A DNA stretch of 23,050 nucleotides from Veleropilina oligotropha (Eukaryota). Within the stretch, counting starts at the first letter, position 1, and every line of letters begins with the position of its first letter. The notes beneath the pieces were generated by a model. That model had not been told where the DNA came from, did not search any database, and was given only the letters and a program-made list of their open reading frames with translations. Shown one piece after another: positions 8,746 to 20,184 of this stretch. The stretch lies in assembly GCA_048128005.1 (NCBI GenBank), contig JBEUKZ010000100.1, positions 620,001-643,050 of the forward strand, in the 5' to 3' direction. The position numbers were made by a program, and so were the translations under genes.

Positions 8746-10031
8746 TTATTATCCATCGCGGCTTCCGAAGGGGGATATAGGGATAGCCTCCGTCCGTCCG
8801 TCCGTCCGGTCACACTTTTGGTTAAAATTTTTGGATGAGGTATTATATGCATTTAGTGGAGGAATAACTCAATCAAACCTATTATGATGGAAAGTAGACA
8901 TGTTTAGCCTTTAGTTGGAAGATTTTTTACTTATTTTGTGAAAAAAGTGCACTTTGAGCATAGACATTTTTCGGTTAAAGTTTTGGGTTAAAGTTTTTCT
9001 TTTGAGTATATATCGATTGCTCAAGGCACATTTTGGCATATATAAGCTTTACTAATGGTTCTATGGATGTGACCTGATACTCTGGCAATGATTTACATTA
9101 TAATTTTATATAAATAATGCATGACATTGGTATTTTGGGACATAAATATTTAGTTAAAAGTTTTCGGTTAAAGTTTTTCAAAGAGTGCTTATAGATTGCT
9201 CATTGCACTTTTTTGAACACTTATCATTGTTGCTGGCTATATTGATGTTAGCTGCTATCCTGGCAGTGATATTGAATAAAATTTAATATAAATAATTTGT
9301 GAAATTGATCATTTTTATATAAAACTTTTAGTAAATTTCTAAGGTTAAAGTTTTTCGATGATTGCATATAGGTTTAGTAAAGCACTCTTTTAATGCATAT
9401 ACTTTGGTGTTGGCCATATTGACACTACCTGCTATCCTGAAAGTGATATTTAATAAAATTTAAATAAAATGTTTTTGACATAGAAATTTAGTAAACAGTT
9501 TCGGTTTAAGTTATTCAATTACCGCATATTGATTGATCAAGACATGTTGTTGCAAGCATATGCATTGGTGTATGCTTCATAGTTGTTACCTGCTATTGTT
9601 ACAGTTATAATAAATATTATAATTTAATTTAAATATTCTGTAAAATTATATTTAAAGTTTCTGGTTAAATTTTTTTCAGTGAGTGCATATGGGTTGAATC
9701 TGTGATGCTACATGCTACTCTGGCAGTGATGTTACATTCATTTTAACACAAAACTGTGTTAAATTTGTGTATTCGGACATAGAATTTTGATTAATTTAAC
9801 ACAAATAATGTGTTACATTTGCAAATTTGGACCAAGTTATTCAATTAATGCATGCGGGCTGCTCAAGATATATTTTATACATGTATATGCTGGTTGATAG
9901 ATTTAGGGATTAAAGACCAAATTCAATCAGAATCTCCATATCATCAAAACATTGTCCTAACTCTATTTCTTGCATATATATTGACAAAATGCTTTACGGC
10001 GAGAGATACCGCTATATCGATAGCACTTGTT
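8746..10031 (+). mobile_element. Second non-autonomous Helentron-type element with (TCCG)n microsatellite and ~160-180-bp AT-rich tandem array
   Basis: 5' TTATTATCC...GGGGGATATA, then (TCCG)n at 8789-8808. Repeated GGTTAAAGTTTT anchors near 8820, 8986, 9166, 9343, 9503 and 9663. The 3' end has GAGAGATA, the hairpin GCTAT-ATCG-ATAGC (10011-10024) and ACTTGTT. Confidence 0.65.
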
Positions 10032-10090
10032 TATATTAAATTCAAGTCCATATCACTTCCATCGTAATCAACATCATGAATATAGTCAAT

Positions 10091-10280
10091 ACCGTTAGTC
10101 GAGTAGATAAGACCATTGCTTCCACATCACACGCTTGACGGATCTGATTATCAGAAGTGGGTTCGAATCCCCTGCACTTTGTACAGTTAAAAGTCACTGG
10201 CACTGGCGGCCTCCAGCGATTATATGCAGCGATATTATGGATATATGCTAAAACGACCCTTATCTTGTGATAAATAAAAC
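10091..10280 (+). mobile_element. Degenerate tRNA-derived SINE
   Basis: A-box-like TAGTCGAGTAGATAAGA and a canonical B box GGGTTCGAATCCC near 10159-10171, with spacing too long for a tRNA. Boundaries are approximate. Confidence 0.45.
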
Positions 10281-10440
10281 ATGAACACCGATATAGACAT
10301 CCCATACTTGGATATGACACTTTTTATAACTTCTAGGTTGCATCTATTGTGGTACCAGAAAATTCTCTTAATACAAATAATGTAGTAGAACCTTTTAATT
10401 GTTGCAAACACTGCTTACCTTTACATTTTTGTTAACTAAC

Positions 10441-10894
10441 CAGGCGCGGATCCAGGGGGGTGCGCACCCGGCGCGCGCCCCCCTAAAGCTGGTCAAGCAT
10501 ACTAAAATAATATGTATAATCAGATACAAATGACTTTCAGAACATTATAAATAGGCCTACCCCAAAATACTAAAGTAGAATTGTATTACTATTAGCTTTT
10601 GCAATGTAATAATGCAGAAGGGGGGATTTCACACCGTTAATTGTCAAAATTTTCGTGCGCGGACAATTCGATTATGACAAAATAAAATAAAAATTTGACT
10701 CGTGCTATTTGAGGGACGGTATTTCATAAAAAGTTAGAATGAAATATCGCTTTTGCCCTGTCAGAGTGCAGGAGAGGGGGTTTCAGGCTGTTGATTGTCA
10801 AAATTTTCTTTCGCGTGGGGCCCCACCCCCACGCGAACAGTTGATAGTAAATTCAGCCCCCCCCCCCTAAACAAAATTCCTGGATCCGCGCCTG
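10441..10894. mobile_element. MITE with perfect 16-bp TIRs and 5-bp TSD (hAT-like CAG termini)
   Basis: CAGGCGCGGATCCAGG (10441-10456) and CCTGGATCCGCGCCTG (10879-10894). CTAAC is duplicated at 10436-10440 and 10895-10899. No coding capacity. Confidence 0.88.
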
Positions 10895-11274
10895 CTAACG
10901 TCAATTGGGTGTCGAAGCTTCAAGTAATGCTATACCTAGTCTGTCTACAAAAGGATTCCTTGTGTAATTATTAATATATCAAGCGGGTACTGGCAATCGC
11001 TATGCAATTGAATTACGTCAACACATTCCGATTATAACGGATCAGCTACCAGCATCACACGCTATGATAAAACTTGTGAGAGGTGTGCCAAGCAAATTTT
11101 ACAGCATACAGAACATTATACATGCAAATGAGCGATGACGGTATACAGGGAGATGCGCATAATGTTAAATAATAGATGTAGCAGCCAATGAGTCACATGA
11201 CGATGATGGTGGACTAAACAAACAGCTGTTATTAAATATTAACCTGATTGCTATACCACTTTGCATGCATTGCA

Positions 11275-11560
11275 TGCATCCGCCCCTCCCTTCATCCCCC
11301 TTCCATGCACCCTTTATCCAACGCTCCTTTGATGCATCCGCCCCTCCCTTCATCCGCCCCTCCCTTCATCCCCCTTCCATGCACCCTTTATCCAACGCTC
11401 CTTTGATGCATCCGCCCCTCCCTTCATCCGCCCCTCCCTTCATCCGCCCCTCCCTTCATCCACCCCTCCCTTCACCCCCCCCCCTTCCATGCACCCTTCA
11501 TCCACCCCTCATTCCATGCACTCTCCCCTCCCTTCATTCATCACACCCTGCATCCATCGC
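11275..11560. repeat. C-rich minisatellite built from ATCCGCCCCTCCCTTC units with a higher-order duplication
   Basis: Repeated ATCC(G/A)CCCCTCCCTTC 16-mers and two copies of CCATGCACCCTTTATCCAACGCTCCTTTGATGCATCCG. Confidence 0.85.
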
Positions 11561-12654
11561 TTCGCCCATTCCTCTCTCCGTCCATCGCCCCTCGCAAATG
11601 CAATGTAGCTCTTATCAAATAATGCATTATCTGAAATCGAGCATACTATTATTCAAGTTAGACAACACGGTCGTGTTAAACATAGTGTGCAAGGTGAATC
11701 AGTTTGATTAGCGTATGCATGATCACAGCCGATCGACGTTAGGTTTCATTGCAGTGCGTGTTCGTTATACTTACTTCAAATATGCAACGTCATTTATCAC
11801 CCTGTATAATACGCAGTCACCAGACAACCGTCCATCTTGAAAGCATTGACCTAGGTCAACATATATACTAGTATAGTGTCTGAATACCAAATCCAAATAG
11901 ATACGACAGATATTTCCGCTAAATATAGATTTTCTATCCAGTGGCAATGTCCTGCAAAGCGTAATACTATAGTGTGTTTCAAATATGCATGCCTAATAAT
12001 ATTAATATAATAGTAATGCGTAAACAAGATCTGCGGTGTATACGTACCCTTTTTAACTATAATATCTGGTGTTTGTCGACAGTGTTTAGGTCATGCTATG
12101 GGGTAATCGTAACGCACATATGTTACAAGTATCGAAAATAAATAAAGATTAATTAAAGTTGCATTGCCCTACGGTAATGATCGCTTAATTATTACTACTA
12201 GCAATGGTACCCGTCTTCGCCGGGTAAGTCCCCCCAGCCCCAATTTTTTTTTTTTTTTTTTGGATAGTGCTCCCTTTTTTTTTTTTTTTTTTTTTCTCGA
12301 TTATATTAAAAATGATAGTAATTTTTTTTTTTTTTCGCGAATTTTCCGAATTTTTTTCGTGGTAAACCTTCCTTGGGGGACCCCGATTAACCCCCCAAAG
12401 TTTGAAGGTCCTAGGTCAAAGCGTCTTAGGCCGTGTGCCGCTGGCTCCTATCGTTTCATTTTGTGGCAGGAAACGCGCAACTGAGTGAACTCGTGATGAA
12501 AATATAGATAAAAATACTCTCAACTCGAATCGCCCTGTTTTGATTCCGTCAGTGATGCAGATCAAGTCGTAATCAGTCCTCAAAGTCCCAGAGTCATTCC
12601 CATTTTTTGACCAATGAAAACACGCCATTTCGTGCTGTCCGTGCTGAAACAAAG

Positions 12655-15600
12655 ATGGCGGCCCCCAGTATGAAGTCGTCTTATGAATGTTTTATTCATG
12701 TATGTCCGCAAGAAACCACAAATAAATTGTGCCAGTTTACCGAAGTCAGCTGGGGGAAGGCAACATCCTGTGCCAGAAGATGGGCGAAAGTTTGTGATGA
12801 AAGAAAAGAGAAACTGATAGCGGTTGTGAAATCCGACGAGTTTTCTAAGTCATTTCAAGATGTGGGACTTGTTTTCTACCATCGTGCCTGCTATTCGAAA
12901 TTTACGAATATAATTAATCTTGAAAATTCGGAGAAAAAAACAGCCAAACTATCTGCCGCTTCTGCTGAAATTGATGCCAGTTCTTCTGACCTATCGCAAC
13001 TGCCACTGCCAGGAAGAGAACTTCGATCGACGACGACGACAGGCTTGCTCGCGTCTGCCCCTAAAAAAGGACTTGTACTCCCCGCAATGTGTTTGATTTG
13101 TAGGAAGAAAGATGCTTGCACTAAATCTAGTTTGGGAAAACGAAAATATGATAAACTGATGCAGGCTCAAACATTAGATGCAGGTAAGTCTTAATAGCAT
13201 TGTTTTCTCTGGTTTCTGGTTGTTTCGTCCCGTTTCCTCTTCGGCCCGAGTCGATTCGGCATGTTACCCTTTTGGATCGTTCATGCCATAAATAATTAAT
13301 AATTAGCAATGCAAAGTTTGTCAGACCATTTTTATTTACAAACATATTCTAAGATTATATCTGATAGTGTATGCATTACTAGTATACATTATCCCATTAT
13401 ACACATACTTTTAATATTAATTTAATACCCATTATGATTATGTGAATTATACAATGAAAAATATCCAGGATAGTATACAATTATTTTTAGTATTTAAAAA
13501 GTATACTTAGACAATGTCAGATTAGATATGGGCAACTTTTATAATGTATGTTGATATAAATCAGAATTGCTCATCTTTATTGACATGTTCTTTCGGTGTT
13601 CTGTTATATGATTTATCATTAGTTGTTACTCTGATGTTGTGGAACAATTATTTAATCCTTCATCACAAATACAGGTGTGGTAATTATAATTAAGTTTCAT
13701 TTCTCCCACGTTAATAATATTAATATGCAGGGTTTTATATGGATTGGATTATAAGGAGGTGGTTCCATCCAGTGTATTCCCAATATTGATATTATTAGGG
13801 GAGTATATTAAATTATATAGTAAATTAATACATTATAACGAGGTAACAAAAGTTATAGGTGGCCCACATATTTATTAAAGCCCATGTTGAACCCTGATAT
13901 GGGGATGGGGGTTTCTGTGCATAGATAATCGCTAAATTATTTGCTATCATTGAATATGTCCGATCATCTTTATGGTAAACTAAACACAACTTTTGATATT
14001 TAAATGTTTTTAATCAGATTTATTGTTAATCTGATGTTTGCGCATCAATATTTTACTGACAGTAGACATACATATGCAACACTGAATCATATTTATTCCA
14101 GGCCAACTTAGAGCTGCAGCAGAATCCAAAGCTGATGAAAGTATCTTGCGGCATATACGAGGCAGAGACTGTGTGGCTATAGAGACCAAATACCATAGGT
14201 CATGCTATTTAGAATATACCAGATTTCTTAGAGCAGCAACATCCAAGGACACCGACAGGTGAGCAATACCAGTAATACATTGTCTGTTTCCTTCTCAATT
14301 GTTTCAAAAAAAGAATTATATACATTGGAACTCAACCTCCTTTTATAAGAGTGGAACCCAGCCTCGTATATAAAGTAGACACCACTCTAATTGTAACAAA
14401 AATAATCTGATCATGTCCAGACTACTTGACTGAGCTTGTTTGTTATTGATTTTTATCAACAAATTATCTGATCGTCACCCAATCATTCTGCTAGCAAATC
14501 TGATCACAGTCATAATATCAAAATACCGAAGTTAATGTTTATGTAAAAACATCAAATTTCTAATGTTTTGTTAAAGCTTATTTCCGTTCATACATTTCAG
14601 TGCTTCTGGTGATGCTTTAGGGGACCCTGCATTTGAATCTTTTTGCCAACAAGTAATCGAAGACAAGATAATCAATAATCACAAGGTCTATCGACTCACC
14701 AAGTTGCGGGAAAAGTATGGAGAAATAATTCGATCCACCACAAGCTCCACACCTTCATCATCATTGAGGTAACTCCACCATAAGGCTAATTCATTACTAT
14801 AACACAAACTGAAATGATCTGTTGAAATCAGTGGGCACCTCCTTGGCTAAGTGGTTTATGCATTGTTCCAAATTCACTCACTAAACTTAACAGTCATAGT
14901 GCCCATAACCGACAGATATCCGGTATTTCCTGATTCATAAATACTCACCTGTTGATTTCATCTCTTCAGCTGATTACTATTTCATTTCATTGGTTGATTC
15001 TATGTACCCTTCATATCACAAGAGAATATTATCTTCACCATTTAATGGAAATGGATGCAAATTGAGCGAGGCTGCCTTCGTAGTCGAGTGGATAGAGCGC
15101 TGCGCCAAATTATCTCGCTGCCTGCACTGCTTCGAGTGTGGGTTCGCATCCCGCCGACAGCTACTTTGGACTAACAGTCATGGTTGTGCATAACCGGTGG
15201 AGGCAGGGTGAGTTTTCCCAGGTATTCTGGGCTTTCCTCTCACGATAATATGGACGTGACAATAAACTAAATCCAATCCAATCGAGAATGACTGATGATG
15301 ATTTCAACAGAAGATAAACTAAGACTAAAACCTGTCACTTTCATTTTCAGGACTTCTGCAATCAAAGAACGACTTCAACGGCGGTATCCCCAATTGTCTT
15401 TCCACCGTCCGTCAAGAAGATTTGAGAGTGAATTGGTGTATGTTCAGACCACTGACCATGGATTGCTCCTGGAGAAATTGCCAATGACAAGTTCGGAAAG
15501 TGAAAGTGATTTAACATCGGGTGATGGTCTTTCACCAGTGAAAAAATGTGTTACAAACAATCTCCATAATCTGTACACAGCAGGGATGACGCTCCGCCAT

Positions 15601-18600
15601 GAACTAAGGAACATTGATACACTGAATATACCTTGGCCTCCGACTGCTAGTGATTTGACTCTATCTGCCGCAGAATCACTAATACCCATCTCACTTTACA
15701 ATTTATTAGCGTGGACAATTGGTGTAAGTGACGAAGCAACAATTGAAAAGTTTGTTGACTTACCAAAACCTCTTCATCTCAAAATGATTTCATTATTACA
15801 AGATGTTGTTTATTTAGAGTCTAATGGCGCTAAAACTACACCTAAGGCTCTATCACTCGGTTTGACTGTTAGACATTTAACTCGATCTACTCATCTCATT
15901 AATATCCTAAACCATCTGGGACACTGTGCTTCTAGGTCTACTATTCTGTCTTTTGAAACAGCCTTGGCGCAGCTACAGTTAAGTCAGGATGGTCTCGTTC
16001 CTACAGGCGTCTGTAAGGGTGAGGCTACTTTATTGGTCTGGGACAATATTGATTTTGGCGAGGAGACAGTCTCTGGTTCTGGAACAACCCACCATACTAA
16101 TGGCATTCTCATCCAGCAAACTGCAAATCGTGGGCTCCAGTCATTTTCACGACCATCCCTAGCCAAGAAGCAACACCGCCTTGAGGTGGACGAGATCCCC
16201 ATAGCACAGTACATTCGCCAGAAAAGGACAGGCCCTAAACCAATGTCAGCAGATTTGACTTCCATCCAAGCCCTATCTAAGCACATATCGACAATTTTCG
16301 ATTCTTTGTTTGTTCTAATGAAAGCCATTGATGCTGGGAACCATAACATTCCAAACTGGACAGGGTTCAACACCCTCCTACATTCTGACAAGGAAGTAGA
16401 GAAATCGACAGTGTCATATCTACCTGTCATAGAAGCCTCACCGACGGAGTTGAGCACTGTGAATACAATTTTGGAGAGGAGTGTTAAAATGGCAGACGAG
16501 CTCGAATTAGCTCATATTGTTGTGACATTTGACCAAGCTATTTACGCCAAGGCCCAAGAAATTAGATGGTCGAATGAAACCTATATGCAACGCTTAGTCC
16601 TGCGGCTGGGAGAATTTCACACCTCAATGTCTTTCCTATCCATACTCGGAAAACGATTCCGTGACGCAGGACTTTTCGATATCCTGATAGAGGCTGGTAT
16701 AGTTGCTCATGGTTCGGTCAACGGTGTGATTGAGGGCAAACACTACAACAGGGCTGTTCGAGCACACAAAGTGATGTTTGAGGCTCTTGAAAGACTGAGA
16801 TTCCAGACTTTCCTCCATTCACTGTCCACGGAACATGCAGAGAAGGTCGTGAAGATTTTGAAATATGCTTTAGATGCATTCCCTTCTCCTCTTTTCAAAA
16901 ATCTCTGTATTGGGGATGAAGTTGAAGAACTTCTATCTACGTTTTATCAGTTCGTCACTTGTCAGTGTGAAAGTAGTCCGACTTTTTCACTGTGGACATC
17001 ATACATCGACATGGTGAGACTTTTGCTGCAGTTCATTAGGGCTACACGGGAGTCCGATTGGGAACTTCATTTATCAACAATACGTTCAATGCTCCCATGG
17101 TATTTTGCCTACGACAAGACACATTATTCGCGTTATTTACCAGCATATTGGGTGGAGATGATGAGTTTGCCAGATACGCACCCACAAACCTACGAATCCA
17201 CAATAATGACAGGGGCTTGGACTGTCCAGCAACAAAGCCGGTATGGGTTCTCTGCCACAGCCTGTGACCAGGTCATCGAACAGACATTTAACAGAGATTG
17301 CAAAACAGGTGGTGGTTTGAGTGGCATAACATTAAACAGGAATGCTGTACAAAGATGGGTCTTTTCGCAAAGTGAAAGAGCAGCCATAGCTCGCCAATGC
17401 GAGGCGTTAGCCGGCTATGACCAGGATTCTCGTTCTCGCAAGGATTTAGACCATTCTTCCCGAGCTAATCATGAGAAGGCGGTATCCTCTGTCATGGAAT
17501 GTATTCAGCAAATGATCAATCCCTTTTCTTATGAATCCACTGAGCTTGTAGGTATCAGTTCGGGAGTGGTGGCAGGTCCCCGTGTCCGTGAGGATCTGCT
17601 GACAGCAGAAGTCAAAGGGGAAAATGAAGTTGGGAAGTACATTACAGAACGTATACAGTCGAATACTGTAGCTTTCCATGATCCTATCCGGAAGTTGAAA
17701 CTAGAAACATTCTCGTGTCAGCTGAAAATGAAATTGAAGCATACAGGAGATTTGACGATGAAAAGTGATCGAAATCTCTTTGCAAAGATTATGGTTTTAA
17801 ATCAAAATGCAAATATTAATCTGAAAGATATCTTCTCATACTCCCTTGGTCCAGTGTCATATCCGCTTGTCAATACCACTGGATCTATGGCAAAAACAAA
17901 TAAAGCTTCCATCATGCATCATATTGAGAGCCTTTGTACAGGGCATCTTATTTCTGAAATTCCAAGAAATGCTGCCCTCATTGTTGATTTGATGTCTGTA
18001 ATTCATGCGCTCTCTTCTCCCCTACCCTTCACATTTGGGGAATTTGCTCGTTTTGTTTTGAAGAAGATACTCCGTTTCCGTTCGCAGTTTGGATACTCTA
18101 GGATCGATATTATTTGCGATCAATATCCGGAGGTGAGCATCAAGGCGGCGGAGCACTCACGGCGGTATTCCAACAAACAACAGCGACAAATTTACTCTGC
18201 AGATCAGAAAATCCCGACCCAGTGGAAATCGTTTATAGCTGGGGGAGCAAACAAAGAAGCGCTGGTAGAATTCATGTTCCGAGAGTGGTGTAAAAGTATA
18301 CCCAAAGAGGTTGAAAATGTCCATCTGTATGTTGCACACGGTAACTCTTGTCACTGTATCCGGGCAGAAAACGGTGTTATTCAAGTAACAGAAGTTGAAG
18401 AACTTCGATCTGATCATGAGGAGGCTGATACTAGGCTGGCTCTCCACGCCTTTCACGCTGCTGGAAACCACACCCATATCATAATCCGAAGCCCAGATAC
18501 TGATGTGTTCATAATTCTCTTGTCGTGCCTTTCTCAAATTCCAAGTCGGCTTTACTTTCTCACTGGCACCAGGGATAGCCGCTTGATCGATCTTGGGGTG

Positions 18601-19263
18601 ATTGCACAGTCCATTGGTATGAACATGTGCCAAGCGTTGATCGGATTGCACGTATTTACGGGATGCGATTCGGTGAGTGCATTCCATGGCAAAGGAAAGA
18701 AAAAGGCATACACATTGACTGCTGGCAATCATCTCTACCGGGACATGTTCACTGGACTTGGACAATCATTTTCACTGTCGGATGATTTGATCAGATCTCT
18801 TGAAACATTTGTTTGCGACCTGTATTCTCAGCACGGTACGAGCATTAATGATGCTCGCTATCGCATTTTCTGCACAAAAGCTGCTGTGGAGCAAAGTCTT
18901 CCTCCAACGCTCGATGCACTTCGCTTGCACTCGAGGAGGGCCAATTATCAGGCTGCCATCCATCGAAGATCCCTCAATAAATTAATAAATGCCCCCAGGG
19001 CCATTGATCATGGGTGGTGCTCAAGTGATTCGGGCCTCGAAATTCAATGGATGACTAAGGAGCCTGTACCCCAAGAGCTATTGCAACACTTGCGTTGCTC
19101 TTGTCAAAAGAAACAATGTGACACAAAGAAATGCTCCTGTCGTGCAGCGCAGCTTTCATGTTCCGAGATATGTGCTTGTAAAAACTGTGGCAATAAGGAA
19201 ACTACGGCACCAGAGAATTCCGTTTTGTTCGACGCTGATGAATACGATGATGATGACGATTAA
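12655..19263 (+). CDS. Academ transposase with XPG/FEN1-like nuclease and C-terminal CXC-like Cys-rich domain; exons 12655-13183, 14102-14258, 14601-14768, 15351-19263 (1588 aa)
   Basis: GT-AG introns of phases 1, 2, 2 join the exons into one frame without stops (4767 nt). Transposase core motifs are WDNIDF (D 16042), TFDQAIY (D 16531), RLGEFH and DQVIEQTFNRDCK (E 17278); the DDE assignment is inferred. XPG-like motifs are HEEADTRL, SPDTDV and TGCDSVSAFHGKGKKK. The Cys-rich tail CSCQKKQCDTKKCSCRAAQLSCSEICACKNC is at 19096-19188. Confidence 0.88.
15070..15283 (+). mobile_element. tRNA-derived SINE inside intron 3 of the Academ gene
   Basis: A-box TAGTCGAGTGGATAGAGCGC, B-box GGTTCGCATCC (15141-15151), a V-domain-like core GGGTGAGTTTTCCCAGGTATTCTGGGCTTTCCTCTCAC and an (AATCC)n tail. 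Confidence 0.7.
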
Positions 19264-20184
19264 ATGTGTAGTTTCGGAATGAGAAATAGTTTATTGTTAT
19301 ATCATAATTTATATCCATTTTATGTTATGATATATTATAATTCTTATAAATACCAGTTTTACAGACACAAATTGCTCCGTCTTATCAGATAGAAACGTTA
19401 AACCGTGGGTTCCGACTGCGATAACTCTGAAGTAATGTGAAAGAAGTCCTAAAAACTCTGATTCAAATAAAATCAAACCAGTTTAAAGTCTCCATTATAT
19501 AAAAATCATGAAGAATTCATACTTATGATGTTATAATTTTGTACTTGGTTTCTACCGAATATTTTCCATGTATGTTGTCATTTTTCCATGTAGTCTTTCA
19601 GTCAAAAAACAGTTAAATAACTTGTGTGTTTGCGAATAGAAACCGTCTTTGCAATAACAATAAAAATTGTCTTGCATGTCCATTTTTACCTCAATTCATG
19701 CCTCACACAGCCCTTCACCCCCCCCCCCCCCCTCCCCCCCCTCACCCCACTCTCCTTTCTGACATTTGCAATTAGATCAATCGACCCAGATGTGTAACTT
19801 CAGGATTCTACAGACCATATTGTGCTGCTAACTGAAATGAGAAATGATTCTTCCGGCTTTACTTCCATGAAAAATGTGTATTTCAAGGCACGAAATGCGT
19901 TTTTTTTACCAATATCATCTACACTTTAATGTGTCTTTTCATAGAGATCTGACGGATTGCCAATATCAAAACAATCATTTTCGAATCCAGCATGATATCA
20001 AGTATAATATATAAAAAAATTGGACAGTTGCGAGATACCTGCCACAGATTTCATTTTCTAGTCACTTTTCACAGGTCGGGCTCACGGCCTATCTGGGAGG
20101 AGTTCAACTTGAAACAGACAGACAGACAGACAGACAGACACACATACAATTATAGCTCCATTATATTAAGATATATAATGCCTA

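Larger units (their letters stand above)
12427..20091 (+). mobile_element. Complete Academ (AcademX-type) DNA transposon, 7665 bp
   Basis: Termini 5'-TAGGCCGTGTGCC (12427-12439) and GGCTCACGGCCTA-3' (20079-20091), 12/13 inverted match. A 3-bp TSD TCT lies at 12424-12426 and 20092-20094. It encodes a DDE-type transposase, XPG-like nuclease and Cys-rich finger. TAG termini, a 3-4-bp TSD and this domain order are the known Academ hallmarks. Confidence 0.9.
12198..20171 (-). mobile_element. Non-autonomous Helitron (~306 bp of its own sequence: 20171-20095 plus 12426-12198), split by the Academ insertion
   Basis: The minus strand begins A|TCTTAATATAAT at 20171, followed by a (CTGT)n microsatellite (20114-20140). 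It ends with the hairpin TACCCG..CGGGTA (12208-12226) and CTAG|T at 12201-12198. Inserted between A and T with no TSD, the canonical Helitron signature. Confidence 0.8.

Noticed and set aside
11265..11711. Proline-rich 148-aa ORF
   Set aside because: It is a translation of the C-rich minisatellite, with no evidence of coding selection.
15295..15350. ATG at 15295 as the start of a stand-alone 1322-aa gene, and 12607-13194 as a separate gene
   Set aside because: 15295-15350 is intronic (TTTTCAG acceptor at 15350). Both ORFs are exons of one spliced Academ gene starting at ATG 12655.
15444..18985. Short antisense or alternate-frame ORFs overlapping the Academ exon 4
   Set aside because: They are overlap by-products of a long real ORF, with no motifs.
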